A stretch of 64,000 bases of DNA from Pristiophorus japonicus (GCF_044704955.1 NW_027254113.1:496001-560000); one strand, 5' to 3'; counted from the first letter of the stretch, positions 23,480 to 37,927 are shown. Notes: generated by a model from the sequence alone, not told the origin. Translations and numbers: made by a program.

Positions 23480-23910
23480 CCTGTGGCTCAGTGAGTCAGA
23501 AGGTTGTGGGTTCAAGTCCCACTCCAGAGACTTGAGCACAAAAAATCTACGCTGACACTCCAGTGTCACTGCACTGTCGGAGGAGCCATCTTTCGGATGA
23601 GGCTTTAAACTGAAGCCTGGTCAACTCTCTCTCTGGTGGACGTAAAAGATCTCATGGCACTATTTCGAAAAAGAGGAGGGAAGCTACTCCCGGCGTCGTG
23701 GCCAATATTTGTCCTTTAATCAAAATAACAAAAACAGTTTATCTGGTCTTTATCACATTGCTGTCTGTGGGAGTTTGCTGGTCACAAATTAGCTGCCGCC
23801 TTTCCCACATTACAACAGTGACTACACTACAAAAGTACTTCATTCTCTGTGAATAGCTTTGTGACGTCCGGTGTTCGTGAAAGGCACTATATAAATGTAC
23901 GGCTTTCTTT
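23480..23910 (+). mobile_element. tRNA-derived DeuSINE-type SINE (SacSINE1-like)
   Basis: A/B box-like TGGCTCAGTG and GGTTCAAGTCC; core GCACTGTCGGAGG...TCTTTCGGATGAG. Confidence 0.75.
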
Positions 23911-24059
23911 ATTGTGCCGTAACCTACAGAGCTACAGACCAAGAGCTGTACAGTGGGATTAGGCTGGAGAGCTCTGTGCCGGCCGGCAGGGACACTGTGG
24001 GCTGAATGGCCTCCTTCTGTGCTGTCAATGTCAGGGATTCGATGATGTCACAGGTCTCA

Positions 24060-24620
24060 CCAGCAGCTGAGCTGCCTGATTGGTGACTGACAGCCGAGAG
24101 TCTGCGCATGCACACCGGGAAAAGCGTCCGGCACAGCGCCCCCCTCGCGATCGCCATCGGTATAGCCGCGCATGCCCAGGGGACACCAACCGCCTCCTCC
24201 CCCCCACACTCGGAGCTGTGCCTGTGCACTCGGATCCTGTGGTGTGGAGTCAGTGCGGCGCCTTCTGGGGAAAGGCGTTTGTGTCCGTTAAAGTGCCGCG
24301 AGCGGTGATGCAAAGCGACTTTCCTCCACTCCGATTGGGTAGAGAATTGCGCGGGGGGGCGGGGGGGATAGGGAGAGAATAAAGGGAAATCTAAACCCGA
24401 GTGTCCGCCCATCCGGGTCCCCGAGACCAGTTTTCACCAGTTTGGCGGAACGCGCTCGAGGGACATGTGACCGGGCCTGATTGACGGGAGCTTCCAACCA
24501 ATGCGGAGCGAGCGGGTCGGGGTTGGAGGAACGAGCCAGCGACGGGTCCTCCAACCAATTGGGGAGCCCGAGGGGCGGGATTTGTGCCACTGATTGTCTG
24601 AGCCACAGGGCACGACCTTG
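24060..24620. promoter_or_regulatory. CpG-island-like, probably bidirectional promoter
   Basis: CpG-rich; CCAAT boxes on both strands; two GCGCATGC (NRF1-like) sites; lies between divergent ZNF cassettes. Confidence 0.55.
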
Positions 24621-24688
24621 TGCAGTCCCTTGTTCAGGGCCTGGGGCCAGGGGAGGCTATGGGCCTTTATTGTGCGCCCTTTTGGACA

Positions 24689-25035
24689 CATCATCATCAT
24701 CATCATAGGTAGTCCTTCGGAATCGAGGAAGACTTGCTTCCACTCCTGAAGTGAGTTATTTGGTGGCTAAACAGTCCAATACGAGAACCACAGACTGTGT
24801 CACTGGTGGGTGGGACAGGTTTGCTGCACACTCCTTCCGTGCCTGAACTTGACCTCTTCATGCTCTCGGCATTGAGACTCAAAGTACTCAATGCCCTCCT
24901 GGATGCACTTTCTCCATCCAGGGCAGTCTTTGGCCAGGGACTGCCAGGTGTCAGTGGTGATGTCGCACTTTATCAGGGAAGCTGTGAGGGTGTCCTTGTA
25001 ACATTTCTGCAGCCCACATTTGGCTCGTTTACCGT
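24689..25035 (-). mobile_element. RTE-clade LINE 3' fragment
   Basis: Minus strand reads YKDTLTASLIKCDITTDTWQSLAKD..WR; ends in a (GAT)n tail. Confidence 0.75.
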
Positions 25036-25167
25036 GGACACAAGGCTCTGGGGCTCACAACCCACTGGCTCACATTTTAATGCAGATTTTTTAAATTCAT
25101 CCTTTTAATATAGACTTGTTAAATTCATCAATAAAAACAGACAGACCCCGTGCTTCTGTGGAATAGT

Positions 25168-26045
25168 CGGGAGGAGGCCAGCATCGCGAGACCTGTGCGG
25201 ACGCGGGAGTACAAAGGGCAGCAGTCCGGAGGAGGCCAGCATCGCGAGAACTGTGCGGACGTGGGAGTACAAAGGGCAGCAGTCCGGAGGAGGCCAGCAT
25301 CGCGAGAACTGTGCGGACGCGGGAGTACAAAAGGCGGCAGTCAGGTGGAGGCCAGCATCGCGAGACCTGAGCGGACGCGGGAGTACAAAGGTCAGCAGTC
25401 AGGAGGCCAGCATCGCGAGACCTGAGCGGACGCGGGAGTACAAAGAGCAGCAGTCAGGAGGCCAGCATCGCGAGACCTGAGCGGACGCGGGAGTACAAAG
25501 GGCAGCAGTCAGGAGGAGGCCAGCATCGCGAGACCTGAGCGGACGCGGGAGTACAAAGGGCAGCAGTCAGGAGTAAGCCAGTATCACGAGACCTGTGCGG
25601 ACGCGGGAGTACAAAGGGCAGCAGTCAGGAAGAGGCCAGCATCGCGAGACCTGAGCGGACGCGGGAGTACAAAGGGCAGCAGTCAGGAGGAGGCCAGCAT
25701 CGCGAGACCTGAGCGGACGCGGGAGTACAAAGAGCAGCAGTCAGGAGGAGGCCAGCATCGCGAGACCTGAGAGGACGCGGGAGTACAAAGGGCAGCAGTC
25801 AGGAGGAGGCCAGCATCGCGAGACCTGAGCGGACGCGGGAGTACAAAGGGCAGCAGTCAGGAGGAGGCCAGTATCACGAGACCTGTGCGGACGCGGGAGT
25901 ACAAAGGGCAGCAGTCAGGAAGAGGCCAGCATCGCGAGACCTGAGCGGACGCGAGAGTACAAAGGGCAGCAGTCAGGAGGAGGCCAGCATCGCGAGACCT
26001 GAGCGGACGCGGGAGTACAAAGAGCGGCAGTCAGGAGGCCAGCTG
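25168..26045 (+). repeat. 58-bp CpG-rich tandem array (~15 copies)
   Basis: GGCCAGCATCGCGAGACCTGAGCGGACGCGGGAGTACAAAGGGCAGCAGTCAGGAGGA; period 58 (25692 to 25750). Confidence 0.95.
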
Positions 26046-26249
26046 CAGCAGGAACATAAAGTGAAAAAAAATCGAAATCGAAGTGTGACGTCTCGGCCAA
26101 ACAGGCAAGTGATTGGCTGGTGGATATGTGACTTTTTTTTCTTTAAGAAATCTTTGGTATTGTTGTAGGTTTGGAACTGCAATTAAATATATGTGATCTT
26201 TATTATCTAAGGAGAACCAGTTGATTAAATCGGCTGTGTGCTGAAACAG

Positions 26250-29200
26250 TTTGGGTGGAGATAAGGAATAATAAAGGGAAAAAGTCAGTTGGTGGGTGTA
26301 TGCTATAGGCCCTCGAACAGCAGCAACTCTGTTGGTCAGAATATAAACCAGGAAATAGTGGGGGCTTGTAAAAAGGGAACAGCAATAATCATGGGTAATT
26401 TTAATCTCCATATTGATTGGACAAATCAAATTGGTCAGGTAGCCTTGAGGAAGAGTTCATCGATTGCATCAGGGATGGGTTCCTTGAACAGTATATAACG
26501 GAACCAACCAGGGGGCAAGCTATCTTAGATCTGGTCCTGTGTAATGAGACAGGATTAATAAACAATCTTCAAGTAAAAGTTCCCTTGGAATCAATAGCAT
26601 GATTCAATTTCAAATTCAGATGGCAGGGGAATGGGAACCTATGTAGGGAGGCAGAGGGAAATAAAAGGGAGACAGAGGCAAAAGAGAGAAAGGAGAATAG
26701 TAAAAGTGGAGGGCAGAGAATCCCAAGGGCCACATTACAGCAAAACTATAAAGGGACAATGTGTGTTAAAAAGACAAAGCTGAAAGCTCTGTGTCTTAAT
26801 GCAAGGAGTATCCGTAAAAAGGTGGATGAATTAACTGTGCAAATAGATGTTAACAGATATGGTGTGATTGGGATTACAGAGACGTGGCTCCAGGATGATC
26901 AGGGCTGGGAACTCAACATCCACGGGTATTCAACATTCAGGAAGGATAGAATAAAAGGAAAAGGAGGTGGGGTAGCATTGCTGGTTAAAGAGGAGATTAA
27001 TGCAATAGTTAGGAAGGACATTAGCTTGGATGATGTGGAATCTATATGGGTAGAGCTGCAGAACACCAAATGGCAAAAAACGTTAGTGGGAGTTGTGTAC
27101 AGACCTCCAAACAGTAGTAGTGATGTTGGGGAGGGCATCAAACAGGAAATTAGGGGTGCATGCAATTAAGGTGCAGCAGTTATCATGGGTGACTTTAATA
27201 TGCATATAGATTGGGCTAACCAAACTGGAAACAATACGGTGGAGGAGGATTTCCTGGAGTGCATAAGGGATGGTTTTCTGGACCAATATGTCGAGGAACC
27301 AACTAGGGGGGAGGCCATCTTAGACTGGGTGTTGTGTAATGAGCGAGGAATGTGTAATGTGAGGCCCCTTGGGGAAGAGTGACCATAATATGGTGGAATT
27401 CGACATTAGGATGGAGAATGAAACAGTTAATTCAGAGACCATGGTCCAGAACTTAAAGAAGGGTAACTTTGAAGGTATGAGGCGTGAATTGGCTAGGATA
27501 GATTGGCGAATGATACTTAAGGGGTTGACAGTGGATGGGCAATGGCAGACATTTAGAGACTGCATGGATGAACTACAACAATTGTACATCCCTGCCTGGC
27601 GTAAAAATAAAAAGGCAAGGTGGCTCAACCGTGGCTATCAAGGGAAATCAGGGACAGTATTAAAGCCAAGGAAGTGGCATGCAAATTGGCCAGAAATAGC
27701 AGCGAACACAGGGACTGGGCTAAATTTAGCACTCAGCAGAGGAGGACAAAAGGTTTGATTAGGGCAGGGAAAATAGAGTACGAGAAGAAGCTTGCAGGGA
27801 ACATTAAAACGCACTGCAAAAGCTTCTATCGATATGTAATGAGAAAAAGATTAGTAAAGACAAACGTAGGTCCCCTGCACTTAGAATCAGGGGTAGTCAT
27901 AACCGGAAACAAAGAAATCGCAGAACAATTGAACGAGTACTTTGGTTCGGTATTCACTAAGGAGGACACAAACAACCTTCCGGATATCAAAGGGGTCAGA
28001 GAGTCTAGTAAGAAGGACGAACTGAGGGAAATTCTTATTAGTTGGGAAATTGGGTTGGGGAAATTGATTCGATTGAAGGCCGATAAATCCCCAGTGCCTG
28101 ATGGATTGCATCCCAGAGTATGTAAGGAGTTTGCCTTGGAAATAGCGGATGCATTGACAGTCATTTTCCAACATTCCATAGAATCTGGATCAGTTCCTAT
28201 GGAGTGGATGGTAGCCAATGTAACGCCACTTTTTAAAAAATGAGGGAGGGAGAACAGGGAATTATCGAACAGTCAGTCTGACATCGATAGTGGGTAAAAT
28301 GATGGAATCAATTATTAAGGATGTCATAGCAGCGCTTTTGGAAAGAGGTGACATGATAGGTCCAAGTCAGCATGGATTTGTGAAAGGGAAATCATGCTTG
28401 ACAAATCTTCTGGAATTCTTTGAGGATGTTTCCAGTAGAGTGGACAAGGGAGAACTAGTTGATGTGGTGTATTTGAACTTTCAGAAGCCTTTCGACAAGG
28501 TCCCACACAAGAGGTTAATGTACAAAGTTAAAGCACATGGGATTGGCGATAGTGTGCTGACGTGGATTGAGAACTGGTTGGCAGACAGTAAGCAAAGAGT
28601 AGGAGTAAATGGATATTTTTCAGAATGGCAGGCAGTGACTAGTGGGGTACGGCAAGGTTCTGTGCTGGGGCCCCATCTGTTTACATTGTACATGAATGAT
28701 TTAGACGAGGGGATTAAATGTAGTATCTCCACATTTGCGGATGACACTAAGTTGGGTGGCAGTGTGAGCTGCGAGGAGGATGCTATGAGGCTGCAGAGTG
28801 ACTTGGATAGGTTAGGTGAGTGGACAAATGCATGGCAGATGAAATATAATGTGGATAAATGTGAGGTTATCCACTTTGGTGGTAAAAACAGAGAGACAGA
28901 CAATTATCTGAATGGTGACAGATTAGGAAAAGGGGAGGTGCAACGAGTCCTGAGTGTCATGGTACATCAGTCATTGAAGGTTGGCATGCAGATACAGCAG
29001 GCGGTTAAGAAAGCTACTGGCATGTTGGCCTTCATAGCTAGGGGATTTGAGTACTGGGCAGGGATGTGTTACTACAGTGTACAGGGCCTTGGTGAGGCCA
29101 CACTGTAGTATTGTGTACAGTTTGGTCTCCTAACTTGAGGAAGGACATTCTTGCTATTCAGGGAGTGCAGCGAAGGTTCACCAGACTGATTCCCGGGATG

Positions 29201-30700
29201 GCGAGATTGACATATCAAGAAAGATTGGATCAACTGGGCTTCTATTCACTGGAGTTCAGAAGAATGAGAGGGGATCTCATAGAAACGTTTAAAATTCTGA
29301 CGGGTTTAGACAGGTTAGATGCAGGAAGAATGTTCAAAAATGTTGGGGAAGTCCAGAACCAGGGATCACAGTCTAAGGATAAGGGGTAAGCCACTTACGA
29401 CAGAGATGAGGAGAACTTCTTCACTCAGAGTGGCGAAACTATGGAATTCTCCACCACAGAAAGTTGTTGAGGCCAATTCACTCAATATATTCAAAAAGGA
29501 GTTAGATGTAGTTCTTACTGCTAGGGGGATCAAGGGGTATGGCGAGAAAGTAGGAATGAGGTACTGAAGTTGCATGTTCAGCCATGATGGAATACAATGT
29601 CGGAAAGTGTGAGGTCATCCACCTTGGGGAAAAAAAACAAAAATTGGGAATATTATTTGAATGGGGAGAAATTACAACATGCTGAGGTGCAGAGGGACCT
29701 GGGGGTCCTTGTGCTTGAATCCCAAAAAGTTAGTTTGCAGGTGCAGCAGGTAATCAGGAAGGCGAATGGAATGTTGGCCTTCATTGCGAGAGGGATGGAG
29801 TACAAAAGCAGGGAGGTCCTTCTGCAACTGTATAGGGTATTGGTGAGGCCGCACCTGGAGTACTGCATGCAGTTTTGGTCGCCTTACTTAAGGAAGGATA
29901 TACTGGCTTTGGAGGGGGTACAGAAACGATTCACTTGGTTGATTCCGGAGATGACAGGTTTACCTTATGATGATAGATTGAGTAGACTGGGTCTTTACTC
30001 GTTGGAGTTTAAGAAGGATGAGGGGTGATCTTATAGAAACATTTAAAATAATGAAAGAGGTAGACAATATAGAGGCAGAGAGGTTGTTTCCACTGGTCGG
30101 GGAGACTAGAACTCGGGGGCACAGCCTCAAAATACGGGGGAGCCAATTTAAAACCGAGTTGAGAAGAAATTTCTTCTCCCAGAGGGTTGTGAATCTGTGG
30201 AATTATCTGCCCAAGAAAGCAGTTGAGGCTAGCTCATTGAATGTATTCAAGTCACAGATAGATAGATTTTTAACTAATCAGGGAATTAAGGGTTATGGGG
30301 AGCAGGCGGGTAAGTGGAGCTGAGTCCACGGCCAGATCAGCCATGATCTTGTTGAATGGCGGAGCAGGCTCGAGGGGCTAGATGGCCTACTCCTGTTCCT
30401 AATTCTTATGTTATGTTCTTATGACCTCATTGAATTGCGGTGCAGGCTCGAAGAGCCAAATGGCCTATTCATGCACCTATTTTCTATGTTTCTATGATCT
30501 CTAACCAGCGTACTAAGTTTAAATAAAGGGGACTATGAAGGGATGAGGGCTGAGTTGGCTAAAGTGGACTGGGAAAATAGATTAAAGTGTAGGATGGTTG
30601 GTGTACATTTCAGGAGATATTTCACAACTCTCAAGAAAAATATATTTCAGTGAGGAGGAAAGGGTGTAAGAGAAAAGATAGCCATCCGTTGGTAACTAAA
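26250..30700 (+). mobile_element. Three nested CR1 LINEs, including a near-complete but disrupted ORF2 (26759-29567)
   Basis: APE motifs (LNARSI, ITETW, YRPP, GDFN, SDH) and RT (QGSVLGP, FADD); a second 3' half at 29590-30422 interrupts the tail; the outer element resumes near 30500. Confidence 0.92.
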
Positions 30701-30890
30701 CGTGTTTGAGCATCCTGATCATTTGAGCCAATATCATTTCTCACTATGGCGGTGATTCCATCCTTTATCATCAGAGCTACCCCACCTCCTTTTCTTTTCT
30801 GTCTTTCCTTCTGGATTGTCAAGTACCCCGAAATGTTAAGTTCCCAGTCTTGGTCACCTTGCAACCATGTCTCTGAGACCATATCCATTT
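30700..30890 (-). mobile_element. CR1 endonuclease fragment
   Basis: SETWLQGDQDWELNI...KGGGVAL. Confidence 0.8.
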
Positions 30891-31096
30891 GTAACTGGTG
30901 TTGGTGCTAAACCCTGACTAAGAACCTAGAGGTCCCACGTTTGCAGCTCTGGGACTTTTTCACTGGAACAGGCCCAGGTTGGCAGCCTTTGTAAAGATAC
31001 GATGCAGATCTGTGCACCACTATCACTGTTCGTCGAGCCATAGAGCGCATGTGTGGTCACCTTTTAAATGAACACAGAGTGCTTGGAACTTCAGGG

Positions 31097-31345
31097 CCCC
31101 AGCCAGATTCAGCACCATCAGGGGAGGAGAGGGAGGGGAACCAGTGAGTGCAGAAGTGAACCCAGTCAGTGTCAGCACCATAAGGGGAGGAAAGGGAGTG
31201 GAACCAGTGAGTGTCGAACTGAACCCAGCCAGAGTCTGCACCATTAGGGGAAGAGAGGGAGAGGAACCAGTGAAGGAGAACGGAACCCAGCCAGAGTCAG
31301 CACCATCAGAGTAGGAGAGGGAGTGTAGAACTGAAACCAGCCATA
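31097..31345. repeat. 54-63-bp satellite (reverse orientation) upstream of ZNF cassette 2
   Basis: GAACCCAGCCAGAGTCAGCACC units. Confidence 0.85.
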
Positions 31346-31542
31346 GTTGGTGGGGAAAACTGGGAATGGAGGATAAAATGTCTTGAGACGTGCGATGTGT
31401 TTGGATTTCAGCAGAAGGAGGAGGCAGCGATTTACAGCCTTGGAGGAACAAGAGAGGAAAAAATGTTCCTTAATAACTAGAATTTACTGTTCTGAATTTT
31501 TTTGTGTACTTATGGTGATGAGATCTGTAAACTCCTTTTACA

Positions 31543-32130
<588 letters not shown>

Positions 32131-34339
32131 TTTCCACTGCTGAACTTAGCATGTGCCCCATAGCATCTCTCTCACCTTCGATGTGTGAATAGAGCATCAT
32201 GGCTGCAAACCTGGTTTTAATTTAAATTTGAATCCACTCAGGAAAGGTATTTGACAAAAGATGAACAAGTAGACCGATCGCATCAATTAATTGGCAAAGC
32301 TTTAGATTCACCAAAATGAACAAGTAAACACATCAGAGCCCAATAGTCCAGCTCTGTATTCACAGGAGAATGTCTGTTATCTAACTGATCGCGTGGACAA
32401 ATATAGAAAGACCATAAGTCCAAGAACCTGTAGAATCTGTTGTAAATATCTTTCAAATCCTGACTGGTACAATCTCTCTGTTTCCTTTCAATTGAAATGA
32501 CTGTAAGATGAGAGGGGTTTAAGAGGAGTGGTCAGTGAGGGTGGAGAATAAGGGTGAAAGGAGTTGGGACGAAGATGGTTGGAGACAGAGGTGCAAGAGG
32601 AGCTGGGATGCGAGGTTTGGTGAATAGTAGTGTCTCAATTTCACTGAATAAAATATAATTACTGTCACCAATACGAGTTAAGTCAAAGCTTTCTGAACTT
32701 AGGTGTGAAAGGGCGAATTGGCACAGACCCAAAAACTCAACAAATTGACTTGACAGATAGTAATTAATCAATATTTTGTTCAGTGGAACTGGGGTCCGGA
32801 GATCTCTGGCCAACTCGTTATAGTCAGCCAGGCTATCAATCCAGGATGGAGAATTTCTGGGAGATGTAGGACTAATCTACCTGTAATTGAGCGATGGGTT
32901 TGCTAAGCATGGCTAACCTGACAGAGTGTGCCAGGAACAATGAACATGTGAAGCTGCTCGCTACCACTCACTTGACATCATTCCTTGCGAGACCAGAAGG
33001 TGACTCATACTGAAAAGCGGTCGATTGGGTTCAGGGTCAAATTGACGAGGGCAAGTCCCAATTTGACAAAGGGAAGCGTATATTGGTTTACACAACCCAC
33101 CTCTGTGCGCAGACTTGAGAAATTAACAGGTGAGGGAGGAGAAGCATAAGGAACAGACGAGACAGAGAGGGGAAAAGATCTATGGTGCAAGTTAACCCAG
33201 CCGAGAACTCAGCAATTGAAGGACAAAACAGAATTAGAGAATAAGTTGCTGAGATGACAATTTAAAAGATGAAAAAAGGAAACTTAAAGTTGAAACCAAC
33301 ACTGAAGCTGTCAGTGTCTGTGCCGAGAAAAATAAAGCACAAGATTACTGAGTGAAAGGAACCTGAAAGGATGCTGAAATTTAAGTTTGTGTGAATTATA
33401 TGAGTGGAAGTTTTCCTGACCATGAATGTTTAAGAATTTACAGTATTCCTTTTGTCTGAAAGACTGTCTTTGAAAAAAGCATCTGTTATGTTTGTTTTAG
33501 CTTCACCCACTTTTCTCTGCATGGAGCTAAAAGCCATTTAACCCTTTGTTGTCTTGGATATTGGGAGTTTTACGGAAGTGTGGATGTGTTGAGTATGTTC
33601 ATTTCAATTCAGATTATGGAACTAGTAGCAGTGGATCTTTGTGATTTACATTTTGAGGTTAAAGACGCTGCTGTGGATATATTTTGACTGGGGCAAGCTG
33701 TGCCACTCTGAAAGTCAGGCGAGTTTGTTTTACAAAAGATAAGCTTCAGCCTTGAAGTTACCGTTGCCATGTGCCTGATGCTTGTTTTGAAATTTCCAAA
33801 GCACTTTGTTTTTTCACATTTAAACAAATTAAATCAATGTTTGTCTACTCATATTCAGTATTTTTAGTCATTTGGAAAAGCACCTGAAGGTAGCAATGAT
33901 GTAATTTACTGTGTTCTGTAAGCATGTGCTATTTTGTTTCATTTTATCTGTTCTGTATTGTTTAGTTAATAATATATTGGTCTGAATTAAATTGGAGCTA
34001 TTTAAATTAACTTAGCTATGTTTTATTCAAGGTTAATAATGATAGCTTTACTAATGATTCTGCTGTTTTCACGGATTTTTAATTATTAAGGAAGTTATGA
34101 AGTTGCAAACTTAAAAAAAAGAACCAAATCATGATTTAAAACTAACTTCTGTTTGTTCACTTGAGTAGTAACGAATTCAGTCTTCTGTTTATAATCAATT
34201 TATTCTTTACCATCAGCATGAAAAGCAATTTACAAGTGGAATATAGTCACAGATGGAGCATGTGTAACCAGGCACGGGTATCTCCATGCTAACTAACAAA
34301 GGAAAAAGCTTACATTTATAGACTGTTTTCTTAGCAAAA

Positions 34340-34662
34340 TGGAGCCGGCATTGCCTAATATGGTAGTCTCTGGCTACTGCATAGTCCAGAGACACAAGTT
34401 TACATCAGCAACACATTTAGAAGCATTGCGACCTGGCCACGGTGATCATAAACCACTAGTTCTGGACTTTTCTTATCCTAACAATATTTCTAATCCATTC
34501 TATTATGAATATCGAAGCCTGGTTGGTCACAAAACAACAGCTGTTGCTAAGTGAAATCTGTCTCTCTCTCCCTAATAATACGAACCACATTTATCCCACT
34601 ATCAAATGAATTAAACATAAACCCCTTTCAGAAGCTGAATTAACCAGGGTCCACGTGTCAAC
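34340..34662 (-). repeat. Diverged direct repeat, copy 1 (LTR-like; possibly extends to 34132)
   Basis: Roughly 75% match by eye to 48612-48955; followed on the minus strand by TATAAA (near 34318) and AATAAA (34199-34204). Confidence 0.7.
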
Positions 34663-34769
34663 CTGTCCCAGAGGTTTTTTTATGGGTTACATTACCTGTT
34701 GAAAAAGTGTTTTATATCCTTCTTTGTCTTTACTAATCCTGGTTTCCTCTCAGCGTCCTTCCCTTTCCT

Positions 34770-36275
34770 TATATTTTCAATGTCTCTTATTGACTTCCTT
34801 ACAGCATAATGCAATGACCAGAATCCCTGAAGCTATTATCCGTGCTATCACCAATCCCAGCTGGAACAATCTAATTAGATACTACTTTCCTCCATTCCTG
34901 ATTCTCATGTCTCGGGATTGCCCGTTCTGTCTCTCTATTCCTCTATATGATTTGCACTGTTTGTTTCTGGGATGTCCTAATTCGCTTAATTATGAGCTTT
35001 AAAGCCAGAAACAGGGATAATATCGTGTCCTATGTGTGGAATGACTTGAATGGCTTCATCCTCCAGAGGCAGTCTTGTCTGCAGATAAGTTGTGTCATGA
35101 TGATGCACCAGAACCAACGTTTAGCACCGATACATGTGTTCCTCGGTGGAATCAAGCTAAAGTGATGTTCTAGTATGGGGCATCGGGTTGAACCCACAGT
35201 CATATACGTGACAGTAGTAGTCACACAATACTGTCCTTTTCCTTTATACACGGTATTAGTTTGGCCTTCGCCACATTTAAATTATTTCAATCTGGCATTC
35301 TGGAGATTCTTTGTTGAGGGTGAACCCACAAGCTGGAACATCTACAAACCAATGTTGTCCCTTTCAGAGTACAACACTGCATATCTGGTGCTATCCAAGT
35401 TCCTCCCCTCTCAATCAGATATCTTGGATATTCCTCATACTGTTTATGGATCGGACCTAACTCAGTCTTCCACCCTTGCAAACAGTTCTACCCTAGACAC
35501 CGGCCAAGGTTTCATTTCATTTCCATTTTTCCTCAGCAAAGGCAAGACCAATCCCACTGGTCTAATATCTTCACTTCTTTCTTCTTCCCTACGAGCCAAA
35601 ATCCCCATTCCTATTGTCGGCATATAATCAAAGCCTATGACTTGGTTCCCCTAAACCATTTTCTCAGTTGTTCTTCATGAATAAACAAAGGGATTTGATT
35701 ACTCTCTCTCTTGTCCAGTTCCTACTGTATCACATTCATCATAAATGTCACAGAGGCTACACATGATACCTCCAGTAAGCCACATCCTGTTCCCATTCAC
35801 TTTCTATATCTATTCTGTTTACTCCTGCTAACCTTGCTGTAGCTCCTATTCTGAGCTATCCTGTCAGCTCTCACTTTCCTTCTGATTTGAACTGATTCTC
35901 CTTGTATTCTCCATCTTCCTCATCCCTTGGTTCCTGTTTTCTATTCTTTACTAACACATCCTTTACTAATTCTCTTCCCATTTTGTCTATTAATTGTGAA
36001 TATCTCCCTTCACATAATCTAGTTGATAGATTCAAGCTCATGTTTAAAACTTTTGATTTCAATGAACAATTTAAAAACACATATTGTTATATAATACATT
36101 TCCTGATTCATTTACTTCTAGTCCATTAAAATGTGGGTTCTTTTACTGGATGGGACAGGTCGAGTTCTTTTTGCGAGGTGAGATGTCATTTTATTTAAAT
36201 CTCACATATGATGATCACTATCAACGTTTGTACTTGGCAAACCAATAGTTAACATTACTGATCAACATACGACAT
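34770..36275 (-). pseudogene. Decayed viral fusion-glycoprotein-like (env) gene B
   Basis: Joined minus frames give NGLEVNESGNV..FLNCSLK, RRKVR, IGATARLAGVNRIDIE, PRYLIERGGTWIAPDMQCC...VCRC, VYKGKGQYCVTT...RCPI, and C-terminal TM LFQLGLVIARIIASGILVIALCC. Confidence 0.65.
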
Positions 36276-36449
36276 TTCTTACTTTAAAATAACCTGCCGT
36301 CATTACCTTTTAAGTTTGTATTGAAGTATTTTATAATGTTTTTGAATTACTTATTGTCCTGGAGTGATACTAACTCTTTAAGTGAACACTATTAATTTAG
36401 TGTTTGGGGTCAGGATGTGTCCCAACACACCTGGTTCAGGGGAGTCTTC

Positions 36450-37347
36450 CTGGTCTCACAATATTCCCAAGGAGCAGGCTTGAGGGTTCTTTCTCTATTA
36501 CCACCAAAATTATGCTTTTGCGGTTTATCACTGATTCCAAAACTAACCCTTTTGAGGTCCACTGTTTCCTACTGGAGATCGCCTCTCACTTGGATCCATG
36601 TTTTGTTATGGAGCTTGTAAGTTCTGGCCTCCTTATCTCCCACCTTCAGCTTGGAGCTGATCTGTACACAGCCATGGCCACCTTGTTCGGACAGAGCCAG
36701 GCTGATTTTTTCTGTTTTTAGTCTCTATACAAGCTTTCTTTGTTCAGTATTAGTGGAGGCCTTGAAAATGACGACCATTCCAGCTGTAAGGAAATCCTAA
36801 TTTGGTCAGCATTCTCGCTCCTGTTAATTCTAATGCCTCTGACAGGTAGCAGTGTGTTTAACTCCATCCTGATTATTTCAACGTCGGTTTCTCTATGGAG
36901 AATGTGTCACGGCTGTGATGGTTTAAAAAGTTGTCTCACTCTCCTGAGCCAAATTAGCCATTTCATGTTGTGCTGTTGTCGATAACTGAGCATGCCTGAG
37001 ACTCGTTCACACACACACGCAGTGGTATCCCAATATCATGCCACATGTGACATCTGTTCCAAGCCATTTGAGATGATCTTATCAAAAGATCGTGGGGTGT
37101 CTGAAGATCTTTGCTCATCTCCCTCTGCATGGTCCCGATGTCTCGGATAGTGGCCAGACGATCAAATTCAGTTTTCTTATTGTTCAGTGTAGGCAATGAC
37201 ACAAACATCTCAGAGAAATCTTAGCAATTTCCTACACTTCCCTGACTTTAACAAGAATTTACATTAACACCAGATTGTACCCAGGAGATTTTTGACAATT
37301 CGCCCAGGAACAATGAGTGAAGAAACATTTCTATTTGGAGATGTAAC
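36450..37347 (-). pseudogene. Decayed fusion-glycoprotein-like gene A, 3' part (split by provirus)
   Basis: K*KCFF (decayed basic site), FVSLPTL...RLATIRDIG...LQTP, CHMWHDIG.YHC...QAC. Confidence 0.45.
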
Positions 37348-37907
37348 TGTGGATATCTGAACGGAATATATGGAATTAAGGACAGTAAAGTAAACGGGAT
37401 ATATGAAAATGTATAAGCCATGGAAGAATAGCTGGGAGAATGTCAGACTGCACATAGTGCAACATCAGCATAGTTAACAGTCTTTCCCAAGGTTTCAAGT
37501 CACTAATCCTGCCAATAACATAAATTGTAACATGAAATGAATATACGGATAAATCTGCAGTATTGCAAGGTCTCAGTTAGTAGTCACACCACTAGATTGA
37601 AACATTCAGAGGCAATGCTTGAGCTTTCGTAAAGACATCTCATATAGATTGACTAATGAGTGGCTGAGTTAGAATGTCAATCTAATTGTATTTTGTTATC
37701 TGATTTCAAAACTGTATAACTGTTGTCGCTTTACGATGTAACTTCACCTATCCATAGGGAGTGTGTACGCTCTATCCAGAGGTTATATCTTCTGTCTGAT
37801 AGGTCCTGCCGGCCGGTAAAATAAAGACTGCTTTGTTCAAAACACAAGAGGTATTCGACTCAGTAATTTTATGGAACCAGATTGAGAGAAAATAATCTAC
37901 ATTTACA
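37348..37907 (+). repeat. 5' LTR
   Basis: TG...CA termini; AATAAA near 37820. Confidence 0.95.
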
Positions 37908-37909
37908 TT

Positions 37910-37927
37910 TGGTGTCAGAAGTGGGAT
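37910..37927 (+). promoter_or_regulatory. Primer-binding site, tRNA-Leu
   Basis: TGGTGTCAGAAGTGGGAT. Confidence 0.85.

Noticed and set aside
25168-26045. CRISPR-like appearance of regular arrays (also 20845-21135, 55495-55735, 60734-61015)
   Set aside because: Head-to-tail repeats with no unique spacers, no cas genes, eukaryotic context
37264-37340. IVPGRIVKNLLG as a retroviral protease tail
   Set aside because: No DTG motif or RT nearby; another frame runs continuously into the glycoprotein-like block
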